A stretch of 61,447 nucleotides of DNA, counting the filler, from Platydemus manokwari (lineage: Eukaryota): assembly GCA_037951405.1 (NCBI GenBank). It is 6 parts of 6 records of this genome, joined end to end, with 100 filler letters (N's around TTAATTAATTAA, not from the genome) between each part and the next. Parts side by side here need not be neighbours in the genome. Positions count along the whole stretch, not along the records: positions 10,435 to 21,970 come from JBBMOY010613327.1; positions 22,071 to 32,341 come from JBBMOY011151215.1; 4 more parts are not named here. One strand, written 5' to 3'. The notes beneath the pieces are model-generated. The model was not told the origin of the DNA, made no database searches, and worked only from the letters and a program-made list of their open reading frames with translations. Made by a program: the position numbers and the translations under genes. Positions within the stretch are counted from its first letter, which is position 1; the number at the start of each line of letters is the position of its first letter. Positions 13,640 to 28,000 of this stretch are shown in pieces.

Positions 13640-14135
13640 ACGAAAGCAACCCATTCCTTTTGTTGTGTTTTTGGGTTGCTTGGTTAATTTTATTATCGGT
13701 CTCTGTATTTTACAATCTATTGTGGATAAATGCCGTCTTGACCAGTCACACAATCAAACCTTAATTAATAATCTTCTTTCTTCACCTCGCTATCAATACT
13801 ATATGGTTATAGTATGATACCCAGTAATGACCCAATCGCTATATTTTATAAATATCAGTCTCAAACAATTTACACCATTTAATCAAAATCAGTCTCAGAT
13901 TTAAATGTCCTATTCCTATATCCTATCTAATCAACAACTTAACATTTTCAGTTACAATAACGTTTATTAACAACGAGATATACAACAAAATACAAAATAT
14001 ACATAAATGTTTTGGTTAAAACTACACTATACATCAAATATAAAAAAGACCTAGACGATGACACATACAACTTCTGGAAAGAAAACGGTTGCAAACTTCA
14101 ACTCTAGAAGCCGAACCTTTACCTTTAAGATGTTT
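13640..14135 (+). repeat. Dispersed repeat family A, copy 1 (copy 2 inverted at ~44780-45240)
   Basis: Shared blocks TTCACCTCGCTATCAATACTATATGG, CAGTCTCAAAC, CTAGACGATGA and AACGGTTGC-AACTTCAACTC-AGAAGC-GAACC. Confidence 0.85.
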
Positions 14136-16679
14136 TGGGACACAGCTCGATAATATGACAGTAAAGCGAAATACGGTATATAATATTGATTAGGATTTTA
14201 CAGAATCAATCTAACTCACTCGATCAATATAATGACAAAATCGAAAGGCATATAACACAATGCTTTTTATGGCATTATGTATCTTCACGTATTCTTCTTG
14301 ATGTTGAATTTGACTTCACGTACTCTAGTGGTTTCTTACTTATGAGCCACGCGAGTTGTGATGATTTCAACTCCTATTTATATGTTTTGAAAGTCGGCGC
14401 TATTTAATCCTCTCGAATAAAATATTTGGATACATTTTCTGGAAAGAATTCCCTCATGTTTTTTTTTATAAAATCCCTTTAATCTTTTCGCTATGATATC
14501 CATTGCCATTAAATTAATCGTATATATAAATTTTAAATAATAAAATGTTGAGTAATAATAATAAATATTTTTCCTTTCAGAAATGCAAGCATTTAAAATC
14601 ATCGTTGCATAAAAATATATCGCTACAATGCGATGAAAATAAACTTAACAGTATCGCTTCAGTGCGGTAAAAAATAAAATAAAATAGTTCCTTCATACAA
14701 TAGCAACTAAATGTTCCGATTTTAACCATTATCATAAAAATTTAATCAACTTCAAGCGTCGATAAACTCTACATTTTCCAACAGCTAAAAATCGTTACTA
14801 ATAAGTTTTAATACAACCAAATTATAAAAATTATAAATTACTATAATATACACCGAATATTTTATACATTCTACTTTTATACATTGAATATTGTCACTAT
14901 TATACATGATATTGTTATAGTTATTTTGTCAGAACCACAACACTTTTCAAGAGTGATAAAAATAATGTTCCTGTTAAAGCCATTCAAACCCAATCCAAAT
15001 TCACACACAATTCAAATTTGTGAATATTTTCAATTTTTGTTAGAACTGGACTTGGTGATTTGATCAAATTTAGTTTCCGGGTGTGATATTGACTTTATTT
15101 GATTTTGTAAATAATAAAAATATATCAGTTACTATTTTCGTTTCATATTTTTGAAATATATAAAATATTTATAGATTTAAAAGGCCAAAATTTGTAATGG
15201 TTGGTATTTAAATGGTTATAAGAATTTTGGAGGACAATTATTATATGAAATTTCAATGTAAACATTTTTATGATAATTCAGGGAGATTTTGTGACCAACA
15301 GGAATTTAACATAATATAATATATAATTTAAACCTAAATTTATAAACCCCATAATTAATAAGAAACCTGGCAATTATATAATAAAATTAAATCCATTAAA
15401 ATTACCTCATAATAAATTCACAAAATAAAACAACACAGATAGTGAATTTATCCCTGAAATAATCAAGCAAAATAATTTATCGCGCACAACGAATTAAATA
15501 GCCATGCATTAAATTAAATAATATTCATGCATTAAATAAAATAAATTACTGTGCATTTAAACTCAGAATTTCTCTCTGTCTTAGTGGAATCATAATCGTT
15601 CTGCGCACGGATTTAATATTTATAGATAATCAGCAATTTGAAATACTAATTTTATTTTAAAAAGTTTAGCTTTTGTTTTAAGTTAAACTTATCCGAATTT
15701 CTTCGTAATTCCCTTGTAATTTTTTTATCAATCGATGAAAAATCAATAAAGTTTAATGCCAGTTTTTGAAATTTTAAAAACGAAAAATCGATAATATTAA
15801 AAATTACAAAGCATCGCAGATCATAAAAAATGATCGAAATTGTCAAAAATAATTCCTACAAAAAGATATTTTACTCAAATATTTTCACAACATCCATGAA
15901 GAATAATGCCCATATCTTAATACCATTACATTTTATATTAGTAATGAACTAATGATATTTTCAACCAGAATGACCCTACTTTATTAGCAAAACACATTAC
16001 TATATTTTGTTCTTTTTAACCTCGTCTAATATCGTCAAGAAAACATAAATAAAAAATTGATTATTCATTATATTTATTTGGAAAATTATTAATGACAAAC
16101 TCTACCACTTCCTTTTCTTGTCATCAAAAATCTATTTAAGCGATGATATTAATCAAATAAAATCATCATGATCAATTTATTTAATGAGAAAAAGATAGAA
16201 ATCAAATATTAACCCACCTTTTCAGTCTAATTTACTTAATTTCTCGTTGGAGTATAAGACTTATAATCCATTTTTGATTAATAAATTACAAGTTTTATCT
16301 GCGTTAGATTATAAAAGTCCATAATTTATTTAAATTTAAGATAGGTTTTTATAAACTTAATTTAGAATCATAACGAAACCAAAATATAGGTCACTAATTT
16401 TTAATTGACATAAAGTAAATAAAAATAAAGAAATCAAGACAATACATGATTTAAGCATTATATTGTTAAAAATAAATATAAACTTAAACCACGTTAAAAT
16501 AATAATTATTAAACTATATAGTCCAGATTTTAGCTTAATATCTGCAAAATAGTTGCTTTGTACTAAATATAGATAAATCCATTTTTATCAGATTTTTAAA
16601 ATTATTGTAGAGGTATTTCAGCTGTATAAATTGTTTTATTTGCTGTTCATATTATAATTTTCCAAATATTACAATTTTT

Positions 16680-17006
16680 ATGGATTCAAATGATTATAAA
16701 GAAGAACAATCCTCATATCCAATGACTGGGAAAAGATTGTGTATTATTATCAATAACAAAAAATTTGAAAAACACCTAAATCTTGCGAAACGAGTCGGGA
16801 CTGATCGTGATTATTTTAATTTGAACAAGGAATTCAAAAGGTTAAATTTCGAAATCAAATATTATAAAAATTGCCGTTCTTTGGAAATGGTTCAATTACT
16901 TCAATCAAGTATATTTTGCGAAAGATCGTAATTATTAATATTTTATTTGTTAAAGTCTACAAGGCAGTTCGAAGATTTGTCAAATTTTATTTTTTGTATT
17001 AGTCAT
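16680..17006 (+). pseudogene. Effector-type caspase 5' fragment (p20 N-terminal part), frameshifted and truncated
   Basis: Exon 16680-16908 encodes 'YPMTGKRLCIIINNKKF...RVGTDRD..L...FKRLNFEI', the caspase p20 start. After a 47-nt GT-AG intron (16909-16955), 'STRQFEDLSNFIFCISH' resembles the segment before the catalytic SHG but is out of frame with the phase-1 donor and reads SHL. No QACxG exon was seen in the contig. Confidence 0.75.
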
Positions 17007-20000
17007 CTCGTTATTTTTATCAGTTCTATATAGGAAAATTTGTATTTTTAGTTTACCATACTACTGGTTTAGTGTTAGTAATATAAAATAATTAGATACA
17101 TTTTATGTGTTTAAACATTAAAAATTGGGTTTGGTGGTTCTCGGTACTACCATTAATGTCATTTCGACTTCTATTATGCGATAGAATGTCTGTTTTACAA
17201 ACATCTTACATTTAATATGGAATAATATGATTAAATCCGTTATTATTATTCGGGAACCTTAATTACATTTTAATATACCTTGCTTATGAAAGCAAAATCT
17301 AGATTATGAAATGGATTTCCCACCTTCTATTTGATGATTAAAGAGGGAGAGGATTGCATTGATTCGCTTTTTGAACTTTTGTCAATTCTAACTGGTAGTT
17401 TATCAATAGATTGGTTTCGGATGATGCATCGAATCCATTGTTTAATAATTCTATCATATTAATATTTGAATTCTCGACATCTTCATTCACCGCGAATTTG
17501 TCTGTATCTGTTGTTATATTTTTGGTTTTTTAAATCATCAAGGTTTATAAACTATTTTTGATTTCTTTAATCATTATAAAATTCGTTATTTTTTGTGATT
17601 TTATTGCAATGTGTTTTATTGATAACTTAAACAAGCACAATTTATTTAATGAATCAGCAACAGATAGATACGTCTTTAAAAATGTTAATAATTCATCATC
17701 GGTATAGACATTAAATGGTATTACGATTGTGCTTGTATCTTATTAATGATTATTATTGTAGTAAATCTATTATAACAACAATTTGTACTTTTAATTTTAT
17801 TTCATTTTATTAATTAAAATTTTTGTTCATGATCTATGAGTATTGAATTTCTTTTCAAGTTGTTTTTGGTTATTGTTAATAAATATCCAAATAAAAGTAA
17901 TAAATTAAATCATGATGGTATAAATCATTATTTAAACAAAGCGTTACACAATCAGTACATTTTCCAAATTCGTTTAAATTTGGAAATATCTGAAAGCTGA
18001 AAATCAGCTGTGTGTCATTCTATTATAATTATATATTATAATTGACTGTTTAAGAAATATTTGACAGTATCGTTTTGGATTGTAACTTTCGTTCAATATT
18101 TCACATAATAATGTTGTTTAATTTCTGTTGGAATGATTATAGAATTAATGAAATATTGTTTGCTTTTCCTCACAGAATCGATGTAAATTAACGCCATGTC
18201 TCAATATTTCAAATTTTGAATGTGGCCGTAACAGGTGATTATCCCTTTCATTTATCCAGTTATCTCAAAACATTTTTATTTTGATTTATTATTTTTTGGT
18301 AAAATGAATAAAAATATTTTTGAATAATTGACTGAATATTGGATTGTTTTCAAAATCTCGTTAATGCATTTTAAGTATTCACATCACAATTTTCGGAATA
18401 ATTATGTCGTTATGTTTAAGATAAATATGCAAAAGAGAATATAATTTCTTAAATAATTCAACTTAGTTTCTTAAATTGGTGGCATATCGGAATCATGTGG
18501 CATCTATTTGGAAAATAATTATTGAATTTTTCAGAAAAGTTGCCTTAAATACGGTGAAGAAAATATAAATAATACAAAATAAGAAATTTTTCATCTAAAT
18601 TATAGATTCGAGAAAAGTGTCCAATTTTGTTCAATAGAAAGGGAGCCATTTTTCATCATGATAACGCTAGACCCTTATGTTAATATAAAGTCAAACGAAG
18701 CTAAGACAGTTGAACTGAGATAATCTAGAATACTATCTTGATGACGGCCTTGAGATTTCTAGATTTTTCAACCTAAATTGGAATGATTTGTATCTCGAAC
18801 CTTTAAAAATTGTGTTTTTGCCAATAAAAAAATCATTTATGATGGCAATGATATCCGAATGCATTGAGAACGTTTGAAATAGTGGAGATGATATTATTGA
18901 TTGAATCGATTACAATGTATACTACTTGGCTTGTTTTAATTTTCTATAAAATATCATATCAAGACATGTAAACAATTAATATATAAAATATATACATCAT
19001 TTGTTTATTGTAATTATTTGTATATTTTTGCTTTCAGCTACTAATGTTTATTTGTAATCAATTTGAAATTGTGTTTCAATTTTCCATATCAAATATTTAC
19101 TTTTTAGAAACTAAGCATTCTCAGAAACAAATCAAGGCATGGAAATTATGGGTGCAGCTAATAAATATTGAAACTTAACTATTGTCTAGGTTATATAAAG
19201 ATTTTCCGTGAAATTTTTAAAATATATAGCAAAAATAAATTACATCTCAATTGGGATAATGTATTGAATAATGAATCTTCAATCAAAAATGCCCTGTCAT
19301 TTTCAAATCAAAATATCAACTGTAATGGCATTTTCTTTATCTGATGGATAAAAGACATTTATCACTGAAATCTATAGTTGTTTTCAATGAAATTGAATGA
19401 ATATAGCTGGTATATATTGACTCCTTTAAATTGGTATACCAAATATGGGACTTGATAAATATTTTATATTATTCCCCATAAAATATAATCATCTCATTAT
19501 AAATGCATTGTTTTATTAATTTTTTTATTTCAATTTATTTTCATTTAATTATTTGAATTTTTATTCTATTTACCTATCTTGTTTTCTAATAGAAGAACAA
19601 ATGATTATCGATCAATTATTTCCAGCACTTCATATGACAGATCAAAGAAAATAATTTTTGTTTAAATAAATCCTTGTTAATAAATACAATGAGCTAGGAA
19701 ATGTAAGCAAAAATTATTAACAATCTATTTACACAGAAACTTCTTGATGTTTAGAGATGCATAACTATTTTGGAAACGTTCGATTTCTGTAATAAGAATA
19801 GGCATATCCGTTCTTGACAATGCTTGTCAGATTTTGTAGCAATGATTTTTTGTTTTTTCCATTCGTCTTGTTATACCAGATAATAAAAATATTTCAACAT
19901 TGTTTGATTGAATGTTGTTTTTTCTAATCTTGTCATTGTCAGTCATTTGGGATTTACTAAATACGATTTTTATAAAATTTGAGTATTTTTGTCAAAAAAT

Positions 20001-20163
20001 TGATTATTGTAAATGTTTTTAACAGTATTTTCTAGTGTTTATTGATTGTTAAAATGAGTTAATAATCAATGATTTCGTTGGAGGCATATTTTCTTTCCAG
20101 CATTTTCGTAGACGGTTTTACGATTTTCAGCATCAAACCAATTATTAAATAATTTTTCAATAG

Positions 20164-21477
20164 GAATGTCGCATTCTCAATCAACCAGATATTTTCAAGC
20201 CCGGACTGACTCTGCTTGATGTTGCTTGCAAACTTGGCAGAGAAGATATCATTGAACTTTATTTGTCGACTCCATGTTCAGGTTCTCAACCGACTTCGTC
20301 GACAAATACATTCAGGCATCGAATGCCTTGTCATATTAGTCCTGATAGAGCATTAGCAATCCAAGCTCATTTATACGATACCATGAGAATGCGAAAAGGT
20401 GATTTTCCATGCTATGTTGTCCAAGAACACAGTACGTTTTGGTTACCAACGGAGATTGAATTGTTGCCATTGATTGCTCGTTGTCAATTATTTAATGAAC
20501 TTATTGACAAAAATGTTATTCGAGGTATTCATGAATATTAATATTTTTATATTTGATTTATGTATATTTAATATTAAAATGAATTATAATGATATGATAA
20601 TGAAATGATCGAATGTTTGATATCTATAACATGAATTCGAGCTTGTAATATTTAATCTACTTCACTAATTGACTTTGACAATCAAAATATGAAGTCAACC
20701 GCTAGCCCGATAAGTAGTCATTACTGCTCATCAGTATCGTATATAACCTATGTAATTCAAATTTTAATTATTCACTCATGGATTCGAACCTACAACTATT
20801 TCAATCATATTGTCTATCACTTGCAACTTGAGCATTCACTGAGAGTAATATTTTTTTATTTCTTATCAGCATATCTTTCTTACTCATTACTAAAGATTTT
20901 CCAATCGTCATTAACTTACGTTCAATCCTTCTCAACTTCAACGTTACCTATGAGATCCTAACAGCTTGCCACATTTATAATTTTAAATTATATTACAAAA
21001 TCACATTGTTTAAAAAATTAGCACTAATAGTATATTATAATATGATATTTTTGGAAATTAAATGAAAAAACTTTCATTTGTTATACATTTTCCATCGTTT
21101 TTAATAATAGTTCCCTTAGTGACTTATCTATGAAAGTTGTCTTTAACGTGGTCTCTATTTGTTAGAACTGGAAATCAATGAAAAGATCATCAATTGGTGG
21201 GCTCAAAATACCACTCAAAACCGATTGACAGCTCTGTGGAACAGAACAGCTGGTGACTGTCTGTTAGATAGCGTACTTCAGGCTACGTGGGGTATTTTGG
21301 ATCGGGACAATATTTTAAGAACTGCTCTTGCGGAAAGCATGAGAGAAGCGCAACATATTTTTTATCCACGGTGGCGAGAATATGAACGCAATCAAGCACG
21401 TGCATTCAATTATACAATCAACGAGTTCCAATATCACCGAGATTGGCAGAATTTGCTACGAATTGCTTGTCAACAAG
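20164..21477 (+). CDS. ZRANB1: TRABID/ZRANB1 OTU deubiquitinase, two internal exons (20164-20524, 21166-21477); partial
   Basis: AnkUBD-like 'ECRILNQPDIFKPGLTLLDVA', 'RKGDFPCY...TFWLPTEIE.LP', then OTU 'IINW...RLTALWNRTAGDCLLDSVLQATWG...FYPRW' with catalytic Cys. Compatible phase-1 GT-AG junction. Confidence 0.93.
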
Positions 21478-21970
21478 GTGGGTTTGTTATGTAAACTCAC
21501 TGTATCGATCATGAATTATCACATTTTTTTTGTTTAATAGTATTGCACAAAATATAATTTAGAAAAATCATATAATTAAAAATAAAAAACATATTCATCA
21601 TATTAAACAGCAGATTCCTATCGATGCATCGTGTTTATATTATGTAGTCTTCTAACAATTTATTAAAGATATTAAATTAATTTTATAAGCTCTGTTGTAT
21701 ATCAAGAATTACGATAATAGAAAAAGAAGTTCATTTATTTTATCCAAAACCGATGACAGATTATTATTATGATAAAGAATATTTCTGTGCCCTTTACTTC
21801 CAGTAAAGTACTTGTTCTTTCACATCGCAAATTGTTGTTTTGATTTATCAATTAATGAACTTTTTACGATATAATTATTTTTGTAGATATCTTTATGAGA
21901 TGATTGATATAATTTTGTTTATAATTTAGTTTTGCTTGATGTTGTTAAAAATTGCAATAGTTTATACACT

Positions 21971-22070
21971 NNNNNNNNNNNNNNNNNNNNNNNNNNNNNN
22001 NNNNNNNNNNNNNNTTAATTAATTAANNNNNNNNNNNNNNNNNNNNNNNNNNNNNNNNNNNNNNNNNNNN
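21971..22070. other. Artificial contig linker
   Basis: N44-TTAATTAATTAA-N44. Confidence 0.97.
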
Positions 22071-25000
22071 GAAATTAATTTATTGAATTATCACTAATCT
22101 GTGAGATAAACAGGACATCCTTATAGAAATACCGAAATCGACAAAAACATATCTGAAATCAATTTATAAAGCGTAAAACTTGACAAAATTAAAAAAAAAC
22201 AAAAAACAATTCATCTATAAATATTCATTCAAAATTCATTGCCATCACAAACAGATGCGATTAAAATACTTTTCTTACGACAGAATAGGCAATATTAATT
22301 GCAAAATCTCTCTTACTTGTTACCTTATCTTAATGTGCTGTCAGAAATATAAAATATATGATTGATATATTCATAATGTCACCATTGCTATGGTTACATC
22401 GAAGACATTGTGTGGATTCTATTTCTGTTTAATCTTTATGAATAAACATGAGAAATGATTTTCATTTTTATATTTCATATATATATTCTAATAGATATAT
22501 ATATATTAAAGATAAATATTTGTTCCCGTGTCTCGGTTTCACATTTTTCTAACCCATAATCCCTTGAGAGAATGACAGAAACAAATGTATGATTTCAAGT
22601 ATTTGCTGTAAAAAATAACCCGTATTATAATATTTGCCAGCAGATTACCATTAAGTTTTATTATTTTATTGATACGAAACTATTTGTACTCGACGAATAA
22701 TGAGGAGTGCAATGATAACATGATTTATTCGAGTGATATTCGATTTAGGTTAAATGATTCAATCATATCAGTTCAGGAACATGGATCATAGTCAAGTGGT
22801 GATGGTGAATTATTTGTGGTTATTATATGAAATTTTTAGTTGAAAAATATTTAGAGCAAATGAATTTAAAGCACCATTTTTTCACACTAAAAAAAGTTTT
22901 GAAAAAATCCTTGATACTGATCAGCGAATCATGCGAATCTATATTATCTATGCATATATTCTCTGCTTGCTCTTTCTCCCTATGTTTCCTATATCTTATA
23001 TATTTGTCTGGTATTGAAATTCTCGGAATGCGTGGGAGGTCATGTTGGCTATAACAATTTCATCAAAGAAAAATGGAAAACTAATCTAAAAATTCAACCC
23101 ATCAAGTATATTTAATCAGAATATTCATATAAATGATAAAAATATTAAAATCTTCACAGGAATTATTAAGATGATTATTATTATATATTCGTATGAATTA
23201 TATAAGAGCAACAGAGTTGTCAGAAAATTAAAGTCCAACATAAATTCACAAGGATTCAATTCCTGGTTATATAAGCATTAACCTGCTTGTCGCTTGACAC
23301 AAGTTTTCCTTTGATTAAAGATATTATATAAAATATTAAAATGATCTGCAAAATAACACGATAATTGTATGAATATTAAAATCAATCAACAGTTAAATGA
23401 TAATTTTAAATAGAAAATATATTGATATTAAGTAATATAATGCTTGATTAAAAAAAATTTTCAATATTTTGATTTAAAATACTTTTGTGGTTTGAAAATA
23501 TTAGATACATTTTAAAAATTATACTTAATGAACTACTAACAGCTGAAATGGTAAACACAAATTTTGAATTCAAAGCTGAGAAAATAATTGTTAACAGCGT
23601 TTGGAATTTTAAACAAATCAAAACAAATATCAAAGGAAAATAAATAAGACATACAAACGGCAAATACAAGAGATATAAATGCAACTCCAGGAATTAAAAA
23701 TTTGCGCAAAAATTGGAATGACAAAAAATTGCAACACAAAGAAACTTAAAATGGTCTTACAGATATTTATCTGATTCAACGATAGCAGACATAAGTGAAT
23801 GGAAAAATAGCAATATACTACTTATTGAAGCAGAAACATCCGCAGTCATATTAGCAGCAACCTTATAATTACTTAATTTCATTTCACTTTTAACTTGGTA
23901 ATGCACGCAATGAGATTAATCGGTGTATAGACAACGAGACAAAGTTAGTAACAGATGATTGTCATCTATTTCAAAATCCATTTCTTTTTGACCATTTTTT
24001 TATTAGAGTTTCATGAATTAGTTCAAAGCATTGGTTCTTCAGTCTTCCTCAGAACATCACAGATACGTAAGTGTATAAATACAGTACACAATTGTTAATC
24101 TTTATTTCCAGTGAATCATATTTCATCATCAATTCTTCTTCTTCTGTTTGGATATAAGACATAATTGATTGTGGGTTGATTGTGGGCGTTAATAATTTAA
24201 ATATCAATTTTTTATTTTTCCCAATCATTTGTCATTCATTATTCATCTCATTTGTGATGTCAATGTAATAGGTAATTATAGATTTTTAAATTCAAATACA
24301 TATTATCACGGTATCGTAGTAAATACTGATAACAAATTATAAATCAATTAAAAAATCACATATAGACGCCCACAAATCTACGACTTTATAAAGCAAGACA
24401 AAATTCATAAATTCGCAGAATAATTTCATGCTTAATAGTCTCATCATTATCAAACTTGGAAATAATCATCACGTGTTGGATTATATATATGGACTTTTAT
24501 CATGATGTTACCATCGGGTTAGATACACTGATTAAATTTTTCACTCAATTTATTTTTTCAATGCGCAATGTGGCAAAGTATTTCGATTACGCTTTCGTTC
24601 AATCAGATCGATTTCTCAAAGGAGATTCGTTATATTTCATTAAATTAAACTTATATACAGCCCAAAAAGAATTTGTCGGTACTCAAAATCTTTTCTTTAG
24701 TTTGATGTCGAAATAGGACATCATTTAGTTTATTTCGTCGATTTTTACCATCTGCAGATCAGCGAGGATCAATAATGAATTGAAATTTGAAAAAAATGTA
24801 AATAAGGTTTTTATAAAATATTTATTTTTTTTAAATTGCTATTAAAATACAATCTGGCAACGTGACTTTTCAGTTCATGTTCAATTTTTACTTTACAAAG
24901 TCATTAGACTTGTTTGTTTTAAACTGTGTCAACGCACATTATTTGTAATTATTTGGATTATTTACACGTGACCTATTAATCTGATAGTTTCCAGATCCTT

Positions 25001-28000
25001 GGTGGAATCATAAATTATCGTCTACTAACTATTTGAAATTAATAAATGGCCCGTATCAGTGAAAAGAAATTGTTGAATTGAGTCAAACATAATGAACTCA
25101 CGATTTCAACTCTTCTATTAAATACCGATATCATGTCACTTTATATGACACCCAATCTAGGGTAGCATGTCTAATGGAATGTATTCATCCTTCATTGATT
25201 TTCAGTTTCACACACAAAATTAATCATTTTTATTACCGGTGCTTATTCATAGCTAATAGAACCCCATCGAAACCAAATCGTACCAGAAATAATTATTTTG
25301 AGGGAAAATTTATTCGAAGAAACTTGCGTTAACTGAAGAGTTGATTGTAAGTAACGTACTTTAAATATTTTCGTCCTGTGAAACTAGTTTTACTTGTATA
25401 TCAGCAGCTATCTAACCCGGTTGATCTACTATTATTTTTATTAATATTTCTATACTTAATGAGCATATTACTCTTCACTATGTGTTTCTGCACATTCATT
25501 ATGTTGACATAGATAATCGTTAGAGTAATTAATTACGTCTAACCGACGCACATTCAGGTAAGATCATTTTGGTTCGAGAATTTTGAAGACAATAGACTCT
25601 GTAACCGAGTATATCTTACGAAGCATTTTTCCTCAAATATATCAAATGAGAATGATTCAGTTACAATTACTTCTTGACCCCAAAATTTATCCTGTTTCCA
25701 TTTCAATTGAGAATGATTGCATATCAATTTCTAGTTGATTCTATTAAATAACTTCTCATGCCATTTTTTTCTTTTCTTCCAATATATATTTTTCATATAA
25801 TCTTACTGATGTTTCCATCTATAGAGAATGTAAAACATTTCTAAATCCGTGGGGAGTAGTTGTACTTCGATAAATCATTATTATTAGAAAATTTCTTTCA
25901 AAACCAATATTTATGGAAATCATTTCGATTACAGGTTTTTGGCAATGTTTAAATTACTCTACAAAACACTTGCATTGGTCGTATAGATGCATTTTTAGAG
26001 ATCCTAGCCCATTAAGTTAGATAAATTATGAGTTGTGCAAACGACGTATGCTTATTAATTTACGATTAATTCCAATGGATATTTGTATGTCGAGATAATG
26101 ATAAATATAATATATTATTCAATGGTGAAAAATACGGAAAATCAATAACGATTTATTGATTTATTTCATCGATTTTTTGGGTTTTTGGGTTTTTTTATTT
26201 TTTCAGTTGTAATTTTTCTATCGATTTTTTTTAGATTTTGATTTGAGTAAAATATTGATTTGTAAAGTATTTATTTGAAAATATAAATTGGAAATGGCAT
26301 GAATTAAATCGATGAGATGGAATGAGATCAAAATCTCATCTTCAACAGTAGCCAGTAGAAATTATTTTTGGCGAACTTTTCAAGTTGATTTTGCAATAAT
26401 TTATAAAAGATCTTTTTACTTGTAAAACCATCAATAACACTGTATTAGTGGGCTCTAAAATCATTAAGAATTTCACATTTTTATCAAGGAAACTTCTATC
26501 AGTCTCATCCAACTCATTCGAGAGAGAGAAAACGGGAAAGAAAAATCAATTAACGTAAAATAATTAAATTTTATTAATAAATTAATCGAGTCAAGATTTT
26601 AAATAAAATATTCGTAAATCCAATCAGAGATTTAATATTTCACCAGAGAAATATAAATCTAATATCTGTGAAAATGACCATCGGAAGAGAAATATAATCT
26701 CTATAACAGTTAAGAGAAATTATCGAATATTCTTATTATTGTAATTAAATTTATAAAATGATTTTGGCTTAAGAACGAAATCGAATATATTTTTTTATTT
26801 TAAAAAAAAGTGATCAAATTCGATTTAATGATATTCTTGTCTGATCGTCATCGATAGAGTTTTAATATAAACAGACATAAAACTTTGAATACTTTTAAAG
26901 AATGATATGTAGATGTTGATTAGTATATTTCCTTTTTCTTTAGTTTTATCGATCAGCTATTACTAGTCCGTGGTTCTCATAATAGTTAAACTTAAACCTT
27001 TGGTTTATATCATGATAAAATGATTTAAAAAGCTTCTGATTAGGACTTCTCTTTATTCTTGTCAAGGTTCATGAATTCCTATAGCTGGAATGTGAAATTT
27101 CTTCTACTCTTGAGGTTTCGTTAAATTCAAGCTATGTAAAAAATAACGTTGATGTTTGGAATATTAATCGAAACAAGCATTTTTCTTTGATAATTTGAAT
27201 TTGATATTTTCCGTAAAAATAACAATAAATTTTTTTAAGTAGGCAATTTTTACGTTCGTATGTTAAAAAGAAGAATAGGTGTGTTAAAAATGGGGACGAT
27301 GTATATTGAATAATAGTGTTTTGTAAAAAGTATTTTACTTTTAATACTGTATTTAATTTTTAGTGCTAGGAATTTTCGACAAAATCGAATAATTATTATG
27401 GATTAATTTCAAATCCCTTTGATGGTAACAAAACCTTAAAATTTAAAATTAATCTTATCTATCGAAATACATTCATAAAATTTCATTAATCCTACACAAT
27501 CTCCCCGTTATTACGGGAATATAATATTCCAATATCTCCGGCATAGTAACAATAGATCTACAATTTTTGATAAAATTTACTCGAAAATAAATAAAATAAT
27601 GGGTTGATAAATAATCAATAACCAAAAGAAGATACCACACATAGGGTTTTATATAAACAGGATCCAAGAACACAATGATCTTACCAGAAATTATACAAAC
27701 CACAACCTCTTAATTAGAAATAAGCCACAAACTCAATTGCTAGCTGTTATCAATAACACAATTGATAAGAAGCTTTTTCAAGTTACTATCGTTTCGTCCT
27801 ATGATATTCGATCCAATGACTTATTTGGCAGCAAATGAATTATGAATATAAATTCTTATAAATCAATATCACTGGGGACAGGAGAACTTCGATGATTTCT
27901 TTAATGAGATCGACAGAATAACAGAAGCATACTGTCTAGCTGATGAAGAACGCCATCAGCATTTGTCACTATAATTACAGAATATATATATCTAGGAACA

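Noticed and set aside
15481-15606. Imperfect inverted repeats enclosing ATGCATTAAAT repeats (MITE-like)
   Set aside because: No clear TSD or clean termini.
16680-21477. Caspase-TRABID fusion protein
   Set aside because: The caspase donor is phase 1 and the TRABID acceptor is phase 0, so direct splicing is out of frame.
27860-27975. Gag-like fragment 'QENFDDFFNEIDRITEAYCLADEER'
   Set aside because: Short and isolated, with no supporting LTR or pol sequence.
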